Of a stretch of DNA of 64,000 nucleotides, positions 25,255 through 38,401 are shown in pieces. The position numbers and the translations under genes were made by a program. Below the pieces are notes generated by a model. That model saw only the letters and a program-made list of their open reading frames with translations. It was not told where the DNA came from and did no database searches. Within the stretch, counting starts at the first letter, position 1. Each line of letters opens with the position of its first letter. Source of the DNA: Vicugna vicugna (Eukaryota); contig MU058687.1 in assembly GCA_013265495.1 (NCBI GenBank), positions 5,392,093 to 5,456,092 on the forward strand, written 5' to 3'.

Positions 25255-25520
25255 TGTCTCTATGTTCAGAAACGTAGCCTGTTTCTTTCTGGAATTGCCA
25301 GAGTTTTTAAAATGTGCTTTTTAGGGTAGTTTTTTCCCTTCTTTACTCCGTTTCACACACACTTTCTGTTCTCCTTCTCCCAGCCTGTCTCCCTCTCTCC
25401 CTTCCCCAGGAGCGACTGACTCCTCTCTTTTCCCGCACTCCCTCTGGCTTTTCCTTCGTGCTATCAGTCTGTGGTGCAAAGTGCCTCTCTCCCTGCAGCC
25501 CAGTGAGTCTCCCTGAAGCC

Positions 25521-25527
25521 TTTTATA
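25521..25527 (-). promoter_or_regulatory. DIO2: Distal TATA box (TATAAAA); TSS inferred near 25497
   Basis: Minus strand atgTATAAAAggc, ~60 bp 3' of the CRE; same architecture as the known DIO2 promoter. Confidence 0.85.
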
Positions 25528-25540
25528 CATTCCCTGGCTA

Positions 25541-25551
25541 ATTGCTGCAAT
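25541..25551. promoter_or_regulatory. C/EBP-like inverted repeat ATTGCTGCAAT between CRE and TATA
   Basis: Two TTGC/GCAA half-sites with a 1-nt spacer; binding is inferred only. Confidence 0.45.
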
Positions 25552-25584
25552 AGAGAAATGAAAGCCTAATCTTGGTAAAGATCT

Positions 25585-25592
25585 TGACGTCA
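25585..25592. promoter_or_regulatory. DIO2: cAMP response element TGACGTCA (~-90 from inferred TSS)
   Basis: Perfect palindromic CRE; DIO2 is an established cAMP/CREB-induced gene with a CRE at about this position. Confidence 0.92.
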
Positions 25593-26021
25593 TTGAGAAA
25601 GAGGGCTTTACTTTGGCCAGGACTGCAGTGAATAGAAAAGCAAAACTCGACAACTTTTTTTTTAGAAGGGGGGGCTGAGGGACAGTGGAATTTTGCTTTG
25701 TGTTTTAAAGAGAGAGGGAAAAAAATTAATACCTTTGAGGGTTTTCAGGAAATGCTCCAAACTTTGGGAAAAGTTATTTAATATAATGTGTAGATTGATA
25801 GGGAAAGTTTCTCTCCTCTGATTATTTATGATTGTTATTGTTCATTTAGAAGGGGTTTTGGGAAGAAAGGATCCTGGAAGGCAGGTAGAAATAGAGGAAG
25901 AGTAATCATAGATTGTCCCTGCTCTGTTTCTTGGGAGATGTGAATCTTACCTTCCGTCTTTACGCTGATATACTATGACTGTCTCTCATCAGGTATGTGA
26001 CCTAGGTTCTTTAAATATTTT

Positions 26022-26028
26022 TGAGTCA
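26022..26028. promoter_or_regulatory. AP-1 site TGAGTCA (~-530)
   Basis: Exact AP-1 consensus in the upstream promoter region. Confidence 0.55.
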
Positions 26029-28489
26029 CGATCTTATTTAAGAAAGTTCAGGGTGAGTTGTGAAGTGGAAAACTTTTAAACCCTTTGAGTACCATCACAG
26101 GATTTCTTTAAAGCTTCTAGCAGAAAATTGTAAAATACAAGTTTTCATTTTTTACTGGTTTCCACCAAAAAAAAAAAGAAAGAAAGAAAAGAAAAAATCT
26201 TCCAGACATGAAAGTAGCTAAATGACCAGACCTTCTTTTAGTTCCATTTTGCCTATATGCAGATTAATTAAAACTTTCCATCAAATGGCATTAAGATTCC
26301 ATAAGGATAAGAAATAAATTATTTATAAGAAAGCTCTTTAAATTCTGCACTTGCCCTGTTTCTGTTAACATAACCCCTAGAGACAAGACACTTTAAGGAA
26401 TCTTCCTTCTTGCTTGAAAAAGTTTAATTAAATTTGTAGGTAGTTAGGAGCAGACTTTGAATTGGTTCAGGAGCCACACTGACCATTGCTCAATGGCTTG
26501 CCTTTCCCACAGTCTCCAGAACTGACAGTACTTCGGCAGACAATGCCCTGGCAGAATGCCATGACCCCCATCTCGTTCTAGTTTTTCTTCCTCACTTACC
26601 TAACAGATCACCTCCAGGAATTAGTTTTCTTAGAAGAAGGAGTGGCAAGTACAGATACTGGGGTGGGGATATAGAATGTTACTTGAAAATTAATTAGCTG
26701 ACTTCTATGTACACAGAGTTCTCATTAAGCAAGAGTTAAGCAGTGGGTGCAAATCTGTGGTTGGTGCCTTTCTGTTTTGTCCCTGTGGCTAAAACCTGCA
26801 AGATCACAGAAATCATTTAAAAGCCTAGAGCAAGGGTCATTAATTAATGATGGGTCCATGGGCCAAATTCTGCATGCATATACATTTTATTTGGTTGGCA
26901 CAGTGCTTTTTTGCCTTTAAAGAAAATAACCAAATGAGAACGTCTTTAGCTTAGAAGAGACCAGAGCTTCCTGTCTCCTTAATTCATTGCTATCTCCCAG
27001 CAGTTAGAACCATGCCTGGCTCATCGTAAGTTCAAGGAGGGTGTCCTGAATGGATGAATGGGCCGGGCATGCATTGCTCCACACCAGGGGGCACCATTCA
27101 CATACAATATGCTGTGACTGATGTGACTGGGTGCCCCAGAATTGTACACCCTTGTGGCCTTGGGTGTGGGTCTCCTCATTGACACAAACTTCACCACTCC
27201 CTATTATCCTAAAATCCCGATTCCTTCATTTTTATCATCAGTTTAGCCTCTAATGAGTTTTGGATTTTCACTCCATGGACTAAAATTTTAGAGAAGACTT
27301 TAGAGCTTAGAAAAATGAATATAAACCACATAGAAAAATATTTTTCCCTATGACCAGAATACATTGTTAGCAAAGAATATTATTTGTATACATAATATAC
27401 ATTTACTTCTTTCATTGTCTCAATCTTCTCAATGTCCTTTTGGAAGAAGGCACAAAGAAAGAGAGGTGACTACGTGGCATTTTAACTGGTGTAGTTGGGA
27501 AAGCTGTGGTGCCAGATGAAGTCCCAGCCAACAATGACAGAAGAAGGTGTGGACTCAGGAAATGACGCTTCCACTCACTGCCCAAGCCTTAAAATCTCAC
27601 CCCTTCTCAGACACTCATTTTGCCCTGTTTGAATTAAACCAGTGCTCCTTTCAGGTAGAGACTTCTTGGCCACTATAAACTAATTCTCCCTCACTTGTCA
27701 TTTGCTTTCAGTGAGGGGGGTATGTTTGAAAATGGCAAGCTAAGGAGGGAATTGGTAAAAAATTAGAAAAATGCCTTCTTTTTAAGTACAGAGTTCAAGG
27801 CACGTGCAGACCACAAATGGTTATAAATCAGAACAGCTTTTTTCTTTTTACTTTATTTTCTTTGATGTCAAAAGTGTTTGAGAGGGTTTTGTTTTAATAG
27901 AACAAATAGATAGCTAATCTGATTGTGACATTCCTCAGATTTATTCTATCACTTTTTCTAAATGAATGAATAAATAAATCACAAAACTGAGAGCCTTTCT
28001 TTTACCCGGTAGACTCGTCCAATCTAGAAATTACATTTCTCCAAAGTTATTTCTCTTTCTCTACATGGTTCATAGTTGCTTGTTCTAATTATTACTAATA
28101 CTTAGCACTTTGAACTTCAAGTAATTTTATACCCATTAAGTGACAAAAACAACCCATCAGGTGACAGAATATGATTTGTCCCATCATGTAAATAAGAGAA
28201 AGCAGATCATCAAGGTAGTAGAATCAGAGCTGGTGTTGGAATATTTTCCCTGACTCTAACCATCACTTCTTTTCCTATATGATTATTTTATGGGTCCTGG
28301 TCTTTACTCTGAGAATGAAAACCTTAGCCCAAAGTGGTTGCACTAAGTAATTTTACCTTCTGAGTTGCAAAGGAGAAATGAGATTTCACATCTGTTTAAT
28401 ATTGTCCCAATTCAAGCTCCTGGTTTCATTTGAAAGGCTTGGATGTCTTCTCGGTCATGTTAAGTGTTCTTAGCAATCAACAATGTAAT

Positions 28490-28576
28490 AGCTGAAAGAT
28501 TGTGCTCTACACTGGAATTTGACACAACATTGTAAAGTGATTATAAATCAATAATGTTAAAAAAATAAAAATAAAA
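28490..28576 (+). mobile_element. Very short L1 3' terminus
   Basis: tgtgctctacactggaatttgacacaacattgtaaa...A-rich tail, the same family motif as the other young L1 ends. Confidence 0.65.
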
Positions 28577-31500
28577 ATGTAATGACTAAATGCAAAGCAA
28601 TGTGCGGCATGTTGGTTGAATTTCCCCAAAGGATGTTGTACACAGGTTTTAAATTCCAAAAAGAGGCAGCCTAGAGAAAAATGCTTTAGGCTTTTTAGTA
28701 AGTACAGAACCACTATAAAATTGTTTACTTTTTTTCTCTTTTCATAGTGTGAGAGCATCATGTCCTACCATTGCCTCCTTCTGGTTGGAAAAATAAGCAA
28801 ATGAATGATAAGGCTTCCTTTAGTCTCCTTTTTGACTCTGAAATTGAGATTAAGAAAATGAAGTTGGATAAGCTGAAAAAAGACTTGGAGATTTCAAGGA
28901 TGGGAGCCACCACTACTCTCCCCTTCCTGTTATCTGAAGGTGTCAAAGAGCATTCAAGAACTCTGTGGAATTCATGCTGTGGATTTTCAAGCAGCCTTGG
29001 TTTTATAGAATTGTATTCCTTCTAATTCAAGTGATTTGTTAAATATAATTTTAAAATGGAGATTAAATTTTACTTTAATAAAAACTTACGAAATAAAAAT
29101 GTTATAAATCCAACAATGTCTGGTGAGGACAAGTGTATTGATTCTGGGTTTAGGAATATGATTGTTATGCATATCCCCCCAAATAGTGCACCTCTTTGGT
29201 GCACAATCACAGATTGTGCAACCTTCCATCTCTAGTAACTCCTGGTTGCGCCTGAGAGGGAGTTACGATGAAGGGTTTGTAACCACAACTACTGAATCAC
29301 TCAAAATTCCCTGTGGGCCCATCCGTTCTACAACACAATCGTGTTTCCTGCCTTGTGATGAAAAGAGAAGCTCAATGGATAAAGCAGACAATCCCAGAGT
29401 AAACTCTGACACACCTCGAGCAGAGCAACCCAGGGCTGGGGCCGAGAAGGCAGACGCTGTGGGAGGCGCGAGCCTTCTACCCCAGCAGCCCAGCCGCGTC
29501 GTAGGTCCCTCTGCGAGCCCGGCAGACAGCACAGTCGGAGGCGGTAACGCATTCTTCCCTCAGGAACTGCTGCTTTGCTTTTTCCTCCCAGGCCACCTAC
29601 TGGTAAGACGGAGAAGGAAAGGAAAAGGGAAGACACAGGGGGAGGGAGAAAGCAGAAATGAAAAGAGGGAAGAGGAGGAGGGTAGAAAGGAGAGAGAGGA
29701 AGGTAGAAGAGAGAAGATTCAATGAATTGTCTGCAGAGGCTGCCAGCAAGAGAGCCAATTAATGCCAATTGTGGCAATGCTTTTTGTGAGGAAGACAGCT
29801 GTCCAGAAACTGGATGGATGCCACCACGTCGTTTCAGAGAGGCCACTGAACAGCTGTTAGGAGACGACAGCCTTCATCTGCTATTGACCTGCTCTAGGAC
29901 TAATTTGATGGCTAGTCCCCACCCCACCTGCCCAAACTTCTCCAGGTGCTATGAGGCTCTCTGAGCGTTAGTTTTGAGAATGGTTTATTAACCTCTAGAG
30001 ACATCCAAGTTTGGATGAAGGGTAGGGGAATAGATGAGAACATTCTGTAAAGTTATACTCGGTCAATTCCTTCAGAACAAAAAGCCCTCAGAAGGAACAG
30101 ATTGAACTCATCCTCTCTCTCCCAAAAATTTGACTCAGTGTCTTCGTTCTCCCTAAATCCTTGACCCAATGCAATGGACCAAAAGAAACAAGGGAAAATG
30201 GTCAAAAGCAGTCATCATCTTGGAACAACTTTTTCTCTACTTTGTTTCATTCCACAGCTCAGAGGAAACTACCAGATGATGTTAAGTTTTAAAATAAAAT
30301 AGGTCATTCTTTATAAATGGTTTTACAGTAGCTTTTTAAAAAATCACTTACACATCACTTCACTCATATGCTAAGTACATGAACACAGAGCATGACAAAA
30401 TATATTAAGATACATGCTGGTTCATGCCATTCCAGAGGTAATAATGTAGCTTGTTCCCACCGAAAGCAAAGGATGCCACACCTCCTCTCTCCAGAATCAG
30501 TAGATAATAATGCATACAGAAAATAAGCTAGATATTCTATGTCAACCTCTGTGGATACGATGAAGCTAACAGAACTAACTGTAGCATGAAAAATCCATGT
30601 TTGATATGGGAATATAATACCTGCAATGAGGATGATTATACAACGAGATACGTGACCAAGGGAGGTTATGAAAATGTTATCAGTGGACCTATTCTCAAGA
30701 TAGGGAGGAAGGCCAATAAGATAATCTCTCAAAACCTTTTTAAGCCTCTGGTGCTATTAAGATAATAGTTTGGAATAAGTTAATATAAAACACATACGTA
30801 AAACCATCCAACTGGGCTAACAGCAGAATACTATAATCATAAATTGCCACTCTGTATCCATTTCAATTTTGAAGACTAATTTTTTTATATGATTAAGTAA
30901 ATCCTTATGCTTTTCTAAGAGGTAGTAGATGGGAAAGGATTAGCATGTCTTCTAAGGACAAAAATATAAGGCATGAAATTCAAATCTGTTTTAAAAATTC
31001 AGCCTCTTGTATTTGATGGACACTGGTAGTCTTTTATTAAGACACAATCACTTAGATAAATGATTATTTTAAAAATAGATGTACACAAATTCCTGTATAG
31101 TTTTATTTTGTTGTCTCAGGGGAATTTTCCATCATGTTTTAAGGACGCAAAATCTACCTTCCCAAAATAGAACCAATGCTCTTTATGCTTTTTGTATGAG
31201 TAATCAGCTAAATGATATACAAATCTAAGACCTCAAGCTCCTCAGAACAAGTAACTCTGTTGCTTCCTGGTAAATGCTAAAGAATACCAGCTCATTAGAA
31301 AACTGGCATTCACCTCTTAGTGAGAGATGTCTTGTTCTGACAGACTTCAATCATCAGACTCAATTCTATTTCTTAAGCCATACAGGCCCATATGACCAAA
31401 AGCAAACCTCTAAACTGATTTTTCTACCTGTAAAATGGAGCTAAAGAAGTCTTCCCATATTTATCTCATGTTGGTGGCTAATATATTCATGTTTTTAAGA

Positions 31501-34500
31501 AACTTAGTCTCTTTGTTAAAAAAAATTCTCAAAATAGAAGGCAATCTTGGCTAATAAGTTTATTCAGACCTGCCTAAGTCAATAGCTCCCCTCTAATAAA
31601 AACTTCTTTGGGGGGAAAAAAGTTCCTGGCAGGCCAGATCTGATTTTAGTATGAATTACCAACATGCTTTACCTGACTTTAAGGAAACTTTGGTCACTTA
31701 CGGGAAATTAGGAAAGATGACCTGTAATTGGGAATCTTAGAGATGGGCAAATTTGGCCTAAAGAATAATAACAATCAACCTGAATCTTTTTCCAAACTCA
31801 ACCCTGAACTGAACCTGTTTGAGAGCTCTCTAGAAAAGCATGACCTTAACTCTACATTATTCACCATGTTAACACTCCTGCATCTTCCATGATTCTAGGG
31901 AGAATAGAAAGAAAATCTACCCAAATGTTCCTGATCTGAGAAAACAGTTGTTTTCCTAAGTTTCCTAGACCAGAATGGGGTAGAAAAATGTTCAATAATG
32001 AAGGAGGAAAACCACTGACATCTTAATGGATAAAGCGCTTGTCAAACTTAAGTCTTAAATTCAGTGTCTATTAATATGTGTGGTACTACTCCATTTTATT
32101 CATCCTACACAGAAATATGACCCTACTATCCTGGGACCTCAGAACTATGGTCCCAAAAGAGCTATCAAAGCTATTTGTTTTCTTGGGTTGACAGAATGAC
32201 TCTTCGAGAAGGAATTAGTAGGCTTTGTGGGTTGGGAGGAGACAAGACGCAAAACAAAAGGATGGAAGACAGGGCTGGATTTAGGAGAATGAACGTAATG
32301 AGGATTTGGGGGAGGTAGGCAGTGCATGATCATTAGCATTGGACTCCTTGATGATAACAGATGCTAAATATTAGAAAAAATGAGCATAAAGAATGTAGAC
32401 ATTAGTTCAATGAAAAGATGTGAAATTGGAAGTCAGAGGGTAAAATATTTTTTTTTCCTACATGCAGGCCTACTGAAAGAACATGGGAAATGTGAGAAAA
32501 GGGACTGGAAAAGCCAAAGATAGCTGCTTACATAGCAAATGTAACTCAAGTTCACTCAAAGAATTAGCCACTATAAACAAGACAGTATTCAGTTAGCCAT
32601 CCTCTTAAAACAAACATTTACTGAAACCTACAGTCATTGTGCTGGGCATTGAAAAGGATCCCTGGTCTTAAACAAATTCAGGGTCCAGTAGGTGGAGACA
32701 GACCTATAAACTGAAGAAGGCAACTCAATGTTCTAGGTGTTGCAATAGACAGAATTGCTTCATACTGTGGCATAAAGGAAGAGGTGGCCGATTCTAAGTG
32801 GGAAAAGAATCAGGAAAGAGTTAATGAAAAATATACACACAGGCCTCACTAAACGTAATACTGCAGTCAAATTCAGACATGTGGCGTTTGTTAATGGAAC
32901 AAAGCTTAAACAATGCTTTCATATACATCCGTGCTTGTCATATTTTACCATTAATCTCTGTTAGAGAAATTCACACAGTATTTTTTGACATTGGAACATA
33001 GGTTATCCAGGAATCAATAACTTTCTCTTGATGAATAATAAAGTTGTTATAGCTACACCAAAGCTTAAAGCTTTGTTGTGACAGATCCTATGAGTAACAT
33101 CAAGAAATAGGGACCTGGTTATATCCTTTCTCTGCTTTTCAACTGACAGAAAGTCACTATGAACAAGTTCAGTCTTAACATCACAGTGTTATATGAGTAT
33201 ACGTGGAAGCAAGCAAGCACTTCTTGGCAATGCTGACTACTAGCTAGAGAATATATCAGTGACAGGGACAGCAGTGACCAGATCCATTCTAATTTCCATG
33301 ACCACACTTACATGATTTGAAACCACTCATTTCATTTTTTGGTTCTCCAGGTGTCTCACCAAGGCAAGGTCATAAGGCACATTGAGGTTCTAGCTTAGTG
33401 AGTGTCTAATATTGTAGCCTTGGGAATTCTCAACTGCTGTGGGGGAAAAAAATGGGTCTAATGACTCAGAATGGCTTTAACCCAAATTTTCATTCTTTGT
33501 GTTCTCTTGTCTATAGCTTAGGATATCACTCTTGCTTCTTATTTGTGAATTTTTTTTAATTTATTATCTTTGTCCTCTCATGACAAATCACTCTGGCATT
33601 GTGTAGAAAGCAGGGTTAGAAAACACTGAAGATTTTTTACCTGTTGGGAAAGTTTATGAACTACTTCAAGAATGATGTGGAAATAAAGATTTTATGGAAA
33701 CAGAAAATATTTATGAAATGCAGAACCTGTGTTATAGATGCACAATGAACATTCTAGTTTTCATACTTAGAGTATAAACTCCTACTCGTTGGAAAACAGT
33801 TAAATCCTAGGATTTAAGAGAACTGTTTATTACGGAAAAAATTCAAACATATGCAAAAGTAGGGTGATGAGAATAAGAAACCCTCATGTACTCATCATCC
33901 AGCTTCAACAAATATGAACTCATGACCAATCTTATTCCATCATTACCACTTCCACCCACTTCCCATGTAATTTTGAAAGACGTTTCAGTCAAGTTTTTTG
34001 ATTCTCCCAAACCATCTGCAATGTTTCTTTGCCTATAGAAAGCATCATATAAATTAGCTAGCGAATTGATTTATCCTCTTTTATCTATTTAATCACTCTA
34101 ACACATCTGTCAAGCCACGAAGAAAGAAATGGAAAATAGACATGTCTCCCATCATTTCTGATCTTGAATCCAATTTTTCACTCGAGGACCCTTGTGCTAT
34201 AGTGATAGGTACTGTAAAAAATGCATACCTAGATAATAAAACTATAACATTTTCATAAATTATTGAACCACAATCATTTCCTTTTTTACATTCATTTTTG
34301 ATTGTATGCAGTATACATGATGACGCAGAGTGAGACTGCTTTTTAAATTACAAGGTGGCCTCAGTTTACTCACTTGCATCCATCCCAAAATGCAATGTAT
34401 TACAAGGTATGACATGAAATTGCCAAGTAGGTCATAAGAATCTGATAATTCTGACAGAACAGAGGCTTGTGATAAAAATTCATGGAGGTGATCAATGACA

Positions 34501-36725
34501 AGCTAATGTTTCTTAATGTGAAATTTCTCATAGTGAAACTTCACTGATACAAGAAAATCATGAAATTTACTATAAAAACAAACATTACTTGAATATAAAA
34601 TTTAGCTTCTTAGTGAGACCCATAATAATAGGTCTGTATGCCTAGTTACCTAAAGTCATTGTCCTTCCTCGCGGCCTCAAATATTCTCTAAAGGTAATAA
34701 TCTCTTCTATTAGAGGTCTGATGTCTTCTCAACTGCATGCCATTCCAGAACAACCCCAAAACCTCAAAGGGATGAATGGATGTTTTGGAGGGTTTTATGG
34801 AAAAATAGAATACCTTTCCACATTATACCATATAAAACCGTATCACTGATCACTAAGAAAAGGGTGAAGGGTAGGAGGGAGAAGTATGTGCATCTAGTTG
34901 ACTCTCTGCATTTTCTCCAACAGGAAACATAAAATTTTACCTGTGCTATGCCCGAATATTGTACTTGCATATGCATGTACATTAAATTTTGTAGGTGTGC
35001 TTTGCTGTACTGGAAAACATATTCAAATAATAAATCTCAATAAATGAAAATGACTTTCTTTTCCTACAGTACATAAAAATGCCAGGGCAATCTGCTTTCC
35101 ATGTTCAGACACCAAAGAGCTAAACATTGAGTGGTATCCAACTTTATGAGATACATAAAAAATGAAATAAAAATGAGTAAGAAGATAAACATTTAAAGAG
35201 ATAAACAGTGTCAAACAGAAATGATTACAAAGTTTTAACAATCTGCACTTTCATTGTTTTCTATTTACCTAGTTTCCCCATTTGAATTTCTTTTGCTCAT
35301 TTCCCTTCTTTTAATAATGTATGTTCCCATAATCACTGACATTAAAGTAGAGGATGTGAAACAGGACATACTTTATATTTATTGGGAGCAACATAAGCAA
35401 CTTGTAAATGCAAAATTTTCCTAATATACTTGAATGTTTCATCTAGCTACTTTCATTGAATAGCTCTAGAAAACTGAGCTCCATTTTCATAAAAGTCATT
35501 TACCTTACTATATGAAACCACCACATTCAACCTTTTTTGACCTACAAAAACAGCAATTTCATACTGTTTAACCTAATAGTATTTCAAATAGCAAAAGGTC
35601 TACAGAGTGCCATATAGTTATTTCTTGGTGAAATGCACAGAGAAGAGTGAAAATATTGTTTCCACTGGTGCATCATTGACATTATTGCTTAAATTTTATT
35701 TTTTATCATAGTATATTAATAATTTTAAAAATTAATGTTATTTTTTTTAATGTGCTTTGTCAATGACTCTGTCATGGCCTAATGTAGTCCCTGGAAGAAA
35801 TTATATCCGCCGCCTATTAGTGTGTGGATCAGGCACAGTAGTTCCTTTTTCAAAATGATGACACCTAAAATCTATGTAAGAACATAGAATATCACCGTTT
35901 ATAAGACCTAGTAAAACCTTCGGCTAAAAAATGTTTTGTAGACAGCATGTTGCTCTGTTCTTAACAAATGAGATACGTTAATTGTACAGTAATGATGACA
36001 CGGGGGAAGGATGATCTAAAGTTTTAGAAGCAGAAAAGTCAAACTGGATGGGAGACATATTAAACAGGTCAAGTTATACAAGCATGGTACTCAATTCAGC
36101 AGGAAAGCACTTCTGTTACACTCTAAAAGTTTGAGATTTTATTTATGTCCATAAAAATCTGAAAAGGTGACTCATGTTTTTAGAGTACAAAATAATTTCT
36201 TCTCTGACTATACAGTTCATCTCTACTACTCCTAACACTGTTTTTTTTTTTTACATTTTTTAAAATGTAGTATAGTCAGTTTACAATGTTGTGTCAATTT
36301 CTGGTGTACAGCATAATGTTTCAGTCATACATATACATACATATATTCCTTTTCATCTTTTCATTATAGGTTACTATAAGATATTGAATATAATTCCCTG
36401 TGTTATACAGTAAAAATTTGTTGTTTATCTGTTTTATACATAGTAGTATTTACAAATCTTGAACTCCCAATTCATCCCTTCCTGCGCCCCTTCCCCTCTG
36501 GTGACCATAAGTTTGTTTTCTATGTCTGTGACTCTGCTTCCATTTTGTAAATAAGTTCATTTGTGCCTTTTTTTAGATTCCACATATATGTGATATCATA
36601 TGGTAATTTTTCCTTCACTTTCTGGCTTACTTCACTTAGAATTACAATCTCCAGGTCCATCTGTGTTGCAGCAAGTGGCATTATTTTATTCTTTTTTATG
36701 GCTGAGTAGTATATTATATGAATGA

Positions 36726-36727
<2 letters not shown>

Positions 36728-36776
<49 letters not shown>

Positions 36777-36777
36777 C
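36728..36777. repeat. (CA)n(TA)n microsatellite
   Basis: Directly visible, inside the L1. Confidence 0.95.
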
Positions 36778-37251
36778 ACCACAACTTCTTTATCCAGTCA
36801 TCTGTTGATAGACATTTAGATTGTTTTCATATTAGATACTGTAAATGATGCTGCTATAAACATTGGGGTGCATGTGTCTTTTTGAATTAGTGTTCTCTCC
36901 AGGTATATGCCCAGGAGTGGGATTGCTGGATTATATGCTAAGTCTATTATTAGTTTTTTAAGGACTCTCCATACTGTTTTCCATAACGGTTGCACCAAAC
37001 TACATTCCCACCAACAGTGTAGGAGGGTTCCCTTTTCTCCACACCCTCTCCAGTATTTATTATTTGTGGACTTTTGAATGATAGCCATTCTGACTGGTAT
37101 GAAATGGCACCTCACTGTGGTTTTGATTTGCATTTCTCTGATAATTAGCAATATTGAGCATTTTTCAATGTGCCTACTGGTCATTTGCATGTCTTCACTG
37201 GAGAACTGCTTGTTTAGATCTTCTGCCCATTTTTGAACTGGGTCATTTTTC

Positions 37252-37282
<31 letters not shown>
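37252..37282. repeat. (TTG)n microsatellite
   Basis: Directly visible. Confidence 0.95.
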
Positions 37283-37609
37283 AAGGCATATGAGATGTTT
37301 GTATATTCTGGAATGCTATTGTTATAAATGGAGACTTTCGTAAGACGATTTCTGAGTTGCCTTCTCAATTTGGGGCTTAGCTTAGTCTGTCCCTACTGTA
37401 GACAAAGTTCAAAGAACTCCACAAAGCAGATCAAATACATTCTTTAGACACCAAGTCACTACTTTAACTGCTTCTGTGACATACCTTCATTAAATCTGCC
37501 AAAACAAAATAGAGCAACAGTAAAGAAATGTGGATTATATAACAGGCCACCAAGCAAGTGCCCAATTATCTTCTCACCTAACCTTTTTCATTTACCCTTC
37601 TCATGTACC

Positions 37610-37760
37610 AGTCACTCTTCTAAATGCTTTAATTATATTGTCATCTAATCTTTACAACAATCTTATTGGCCTAAATACCATTACTAGGCTTACTTTTTAA
37701 GTGAGAAAACCAAGGCTCAGGGAGGGGTGAAGCAAATTATCAAAGGTCACAGTCCTTGAA
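37610..37760 (-). mobile_element. MIR fragment
   Basis: tcatctaatctttacaacaa...gtgagaaaaccaaggctcag...caaaggtcacag. Confidence 0.65.
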
Positions 37761-37817
37761 TTACAAAATACTAATGCTGGAAGTGCCCATTAAGCACTCA
37801 GTTTACCCTTCAATTTG

Positions 37818-37827
37818 TGTAGTAGGC

Positions 37828-37865
<38 letters not shown>

Positions 37866-38401
37866 ACACACAATCACACAGACAAAAACCTTCCCGTCCT
37901 TCAAAAATGATATTAAGTCCTAATCCCTGGACCCCATCAATGTTACCTTACTTGGAAAAAGGGTCTTGGCAGATGTGATTATGCTGAGGATTCTGAGTGG
38001 GGAAATTATCCTGTAGTATCCAGGTGAGACCTAAATGCCATCTCAGTGCATCCTTAAGAAAGGGGAGGCAGAGGGAGATTTTTCACACACACACGCAAAC
38101 ACACACATGCACACATGCACACAAAGGCAATGAGAAGACACGAACAAAAAGATATTTGAAGACGCTGGCCTTGAAGATTAGAATGATACAGTCCCAAGCC
38201 AAGGGACGTCAGCTGGAAAAGGCAAAGAGAAGATTCTCCCCTAGAGCCTCCGGCGGGAGCATGACCCTACTTACACCTTGATTTTGGCCAGTGATACTGA
38301 TTTCATTTCTGGCTTCCAAAACCGTGAGAGAAGAAATTTCTATTGGCTAAAGCCAACCAGTTTGTAGTAATCCATTACAGCAGCCATAGGAAACGAATAC
38401 A
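37818..38401 (+). mobile_element. MLT1 (ERVL-MaLR) solo LTR containing a (CA)n
   Basis: TG...CA ends; aagtcctaatccctgga, aaaagggtcttggcagatgtgatt, gattctcccctagagcctcc, cagcagccataggaaacgaataca. Confidence 0.85.

Larger units (their letters stand above)
36241..37312 (-). mobile_element. L1 3' fragment (ORF2 C-terminus plus 3' UTR and poly-A tail)
   Basis: ORF 36816-37190 translates ...[47 protein letters not shown], typical L1 ORF2p C-terminus; poly-T at 36241. Confidence 0.92.

Noticed and set aside
29356..29410. C/D-box snoRNA-like GTGATGA...CTGA
   Set aside because: Only ~55 nt, with no adjacent terminal stem and no recognisable guide.
29162..29964. Overlapping 187/172/89/80-aa ORFs
   Set aside because: No recognisable domain; explained by local GC richness and a purine tract depleted of stops.
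30364..30732. 122-aa minus-strand ORF
   Set aside because: Non-ATG start, no homology I recognise, no exon context.
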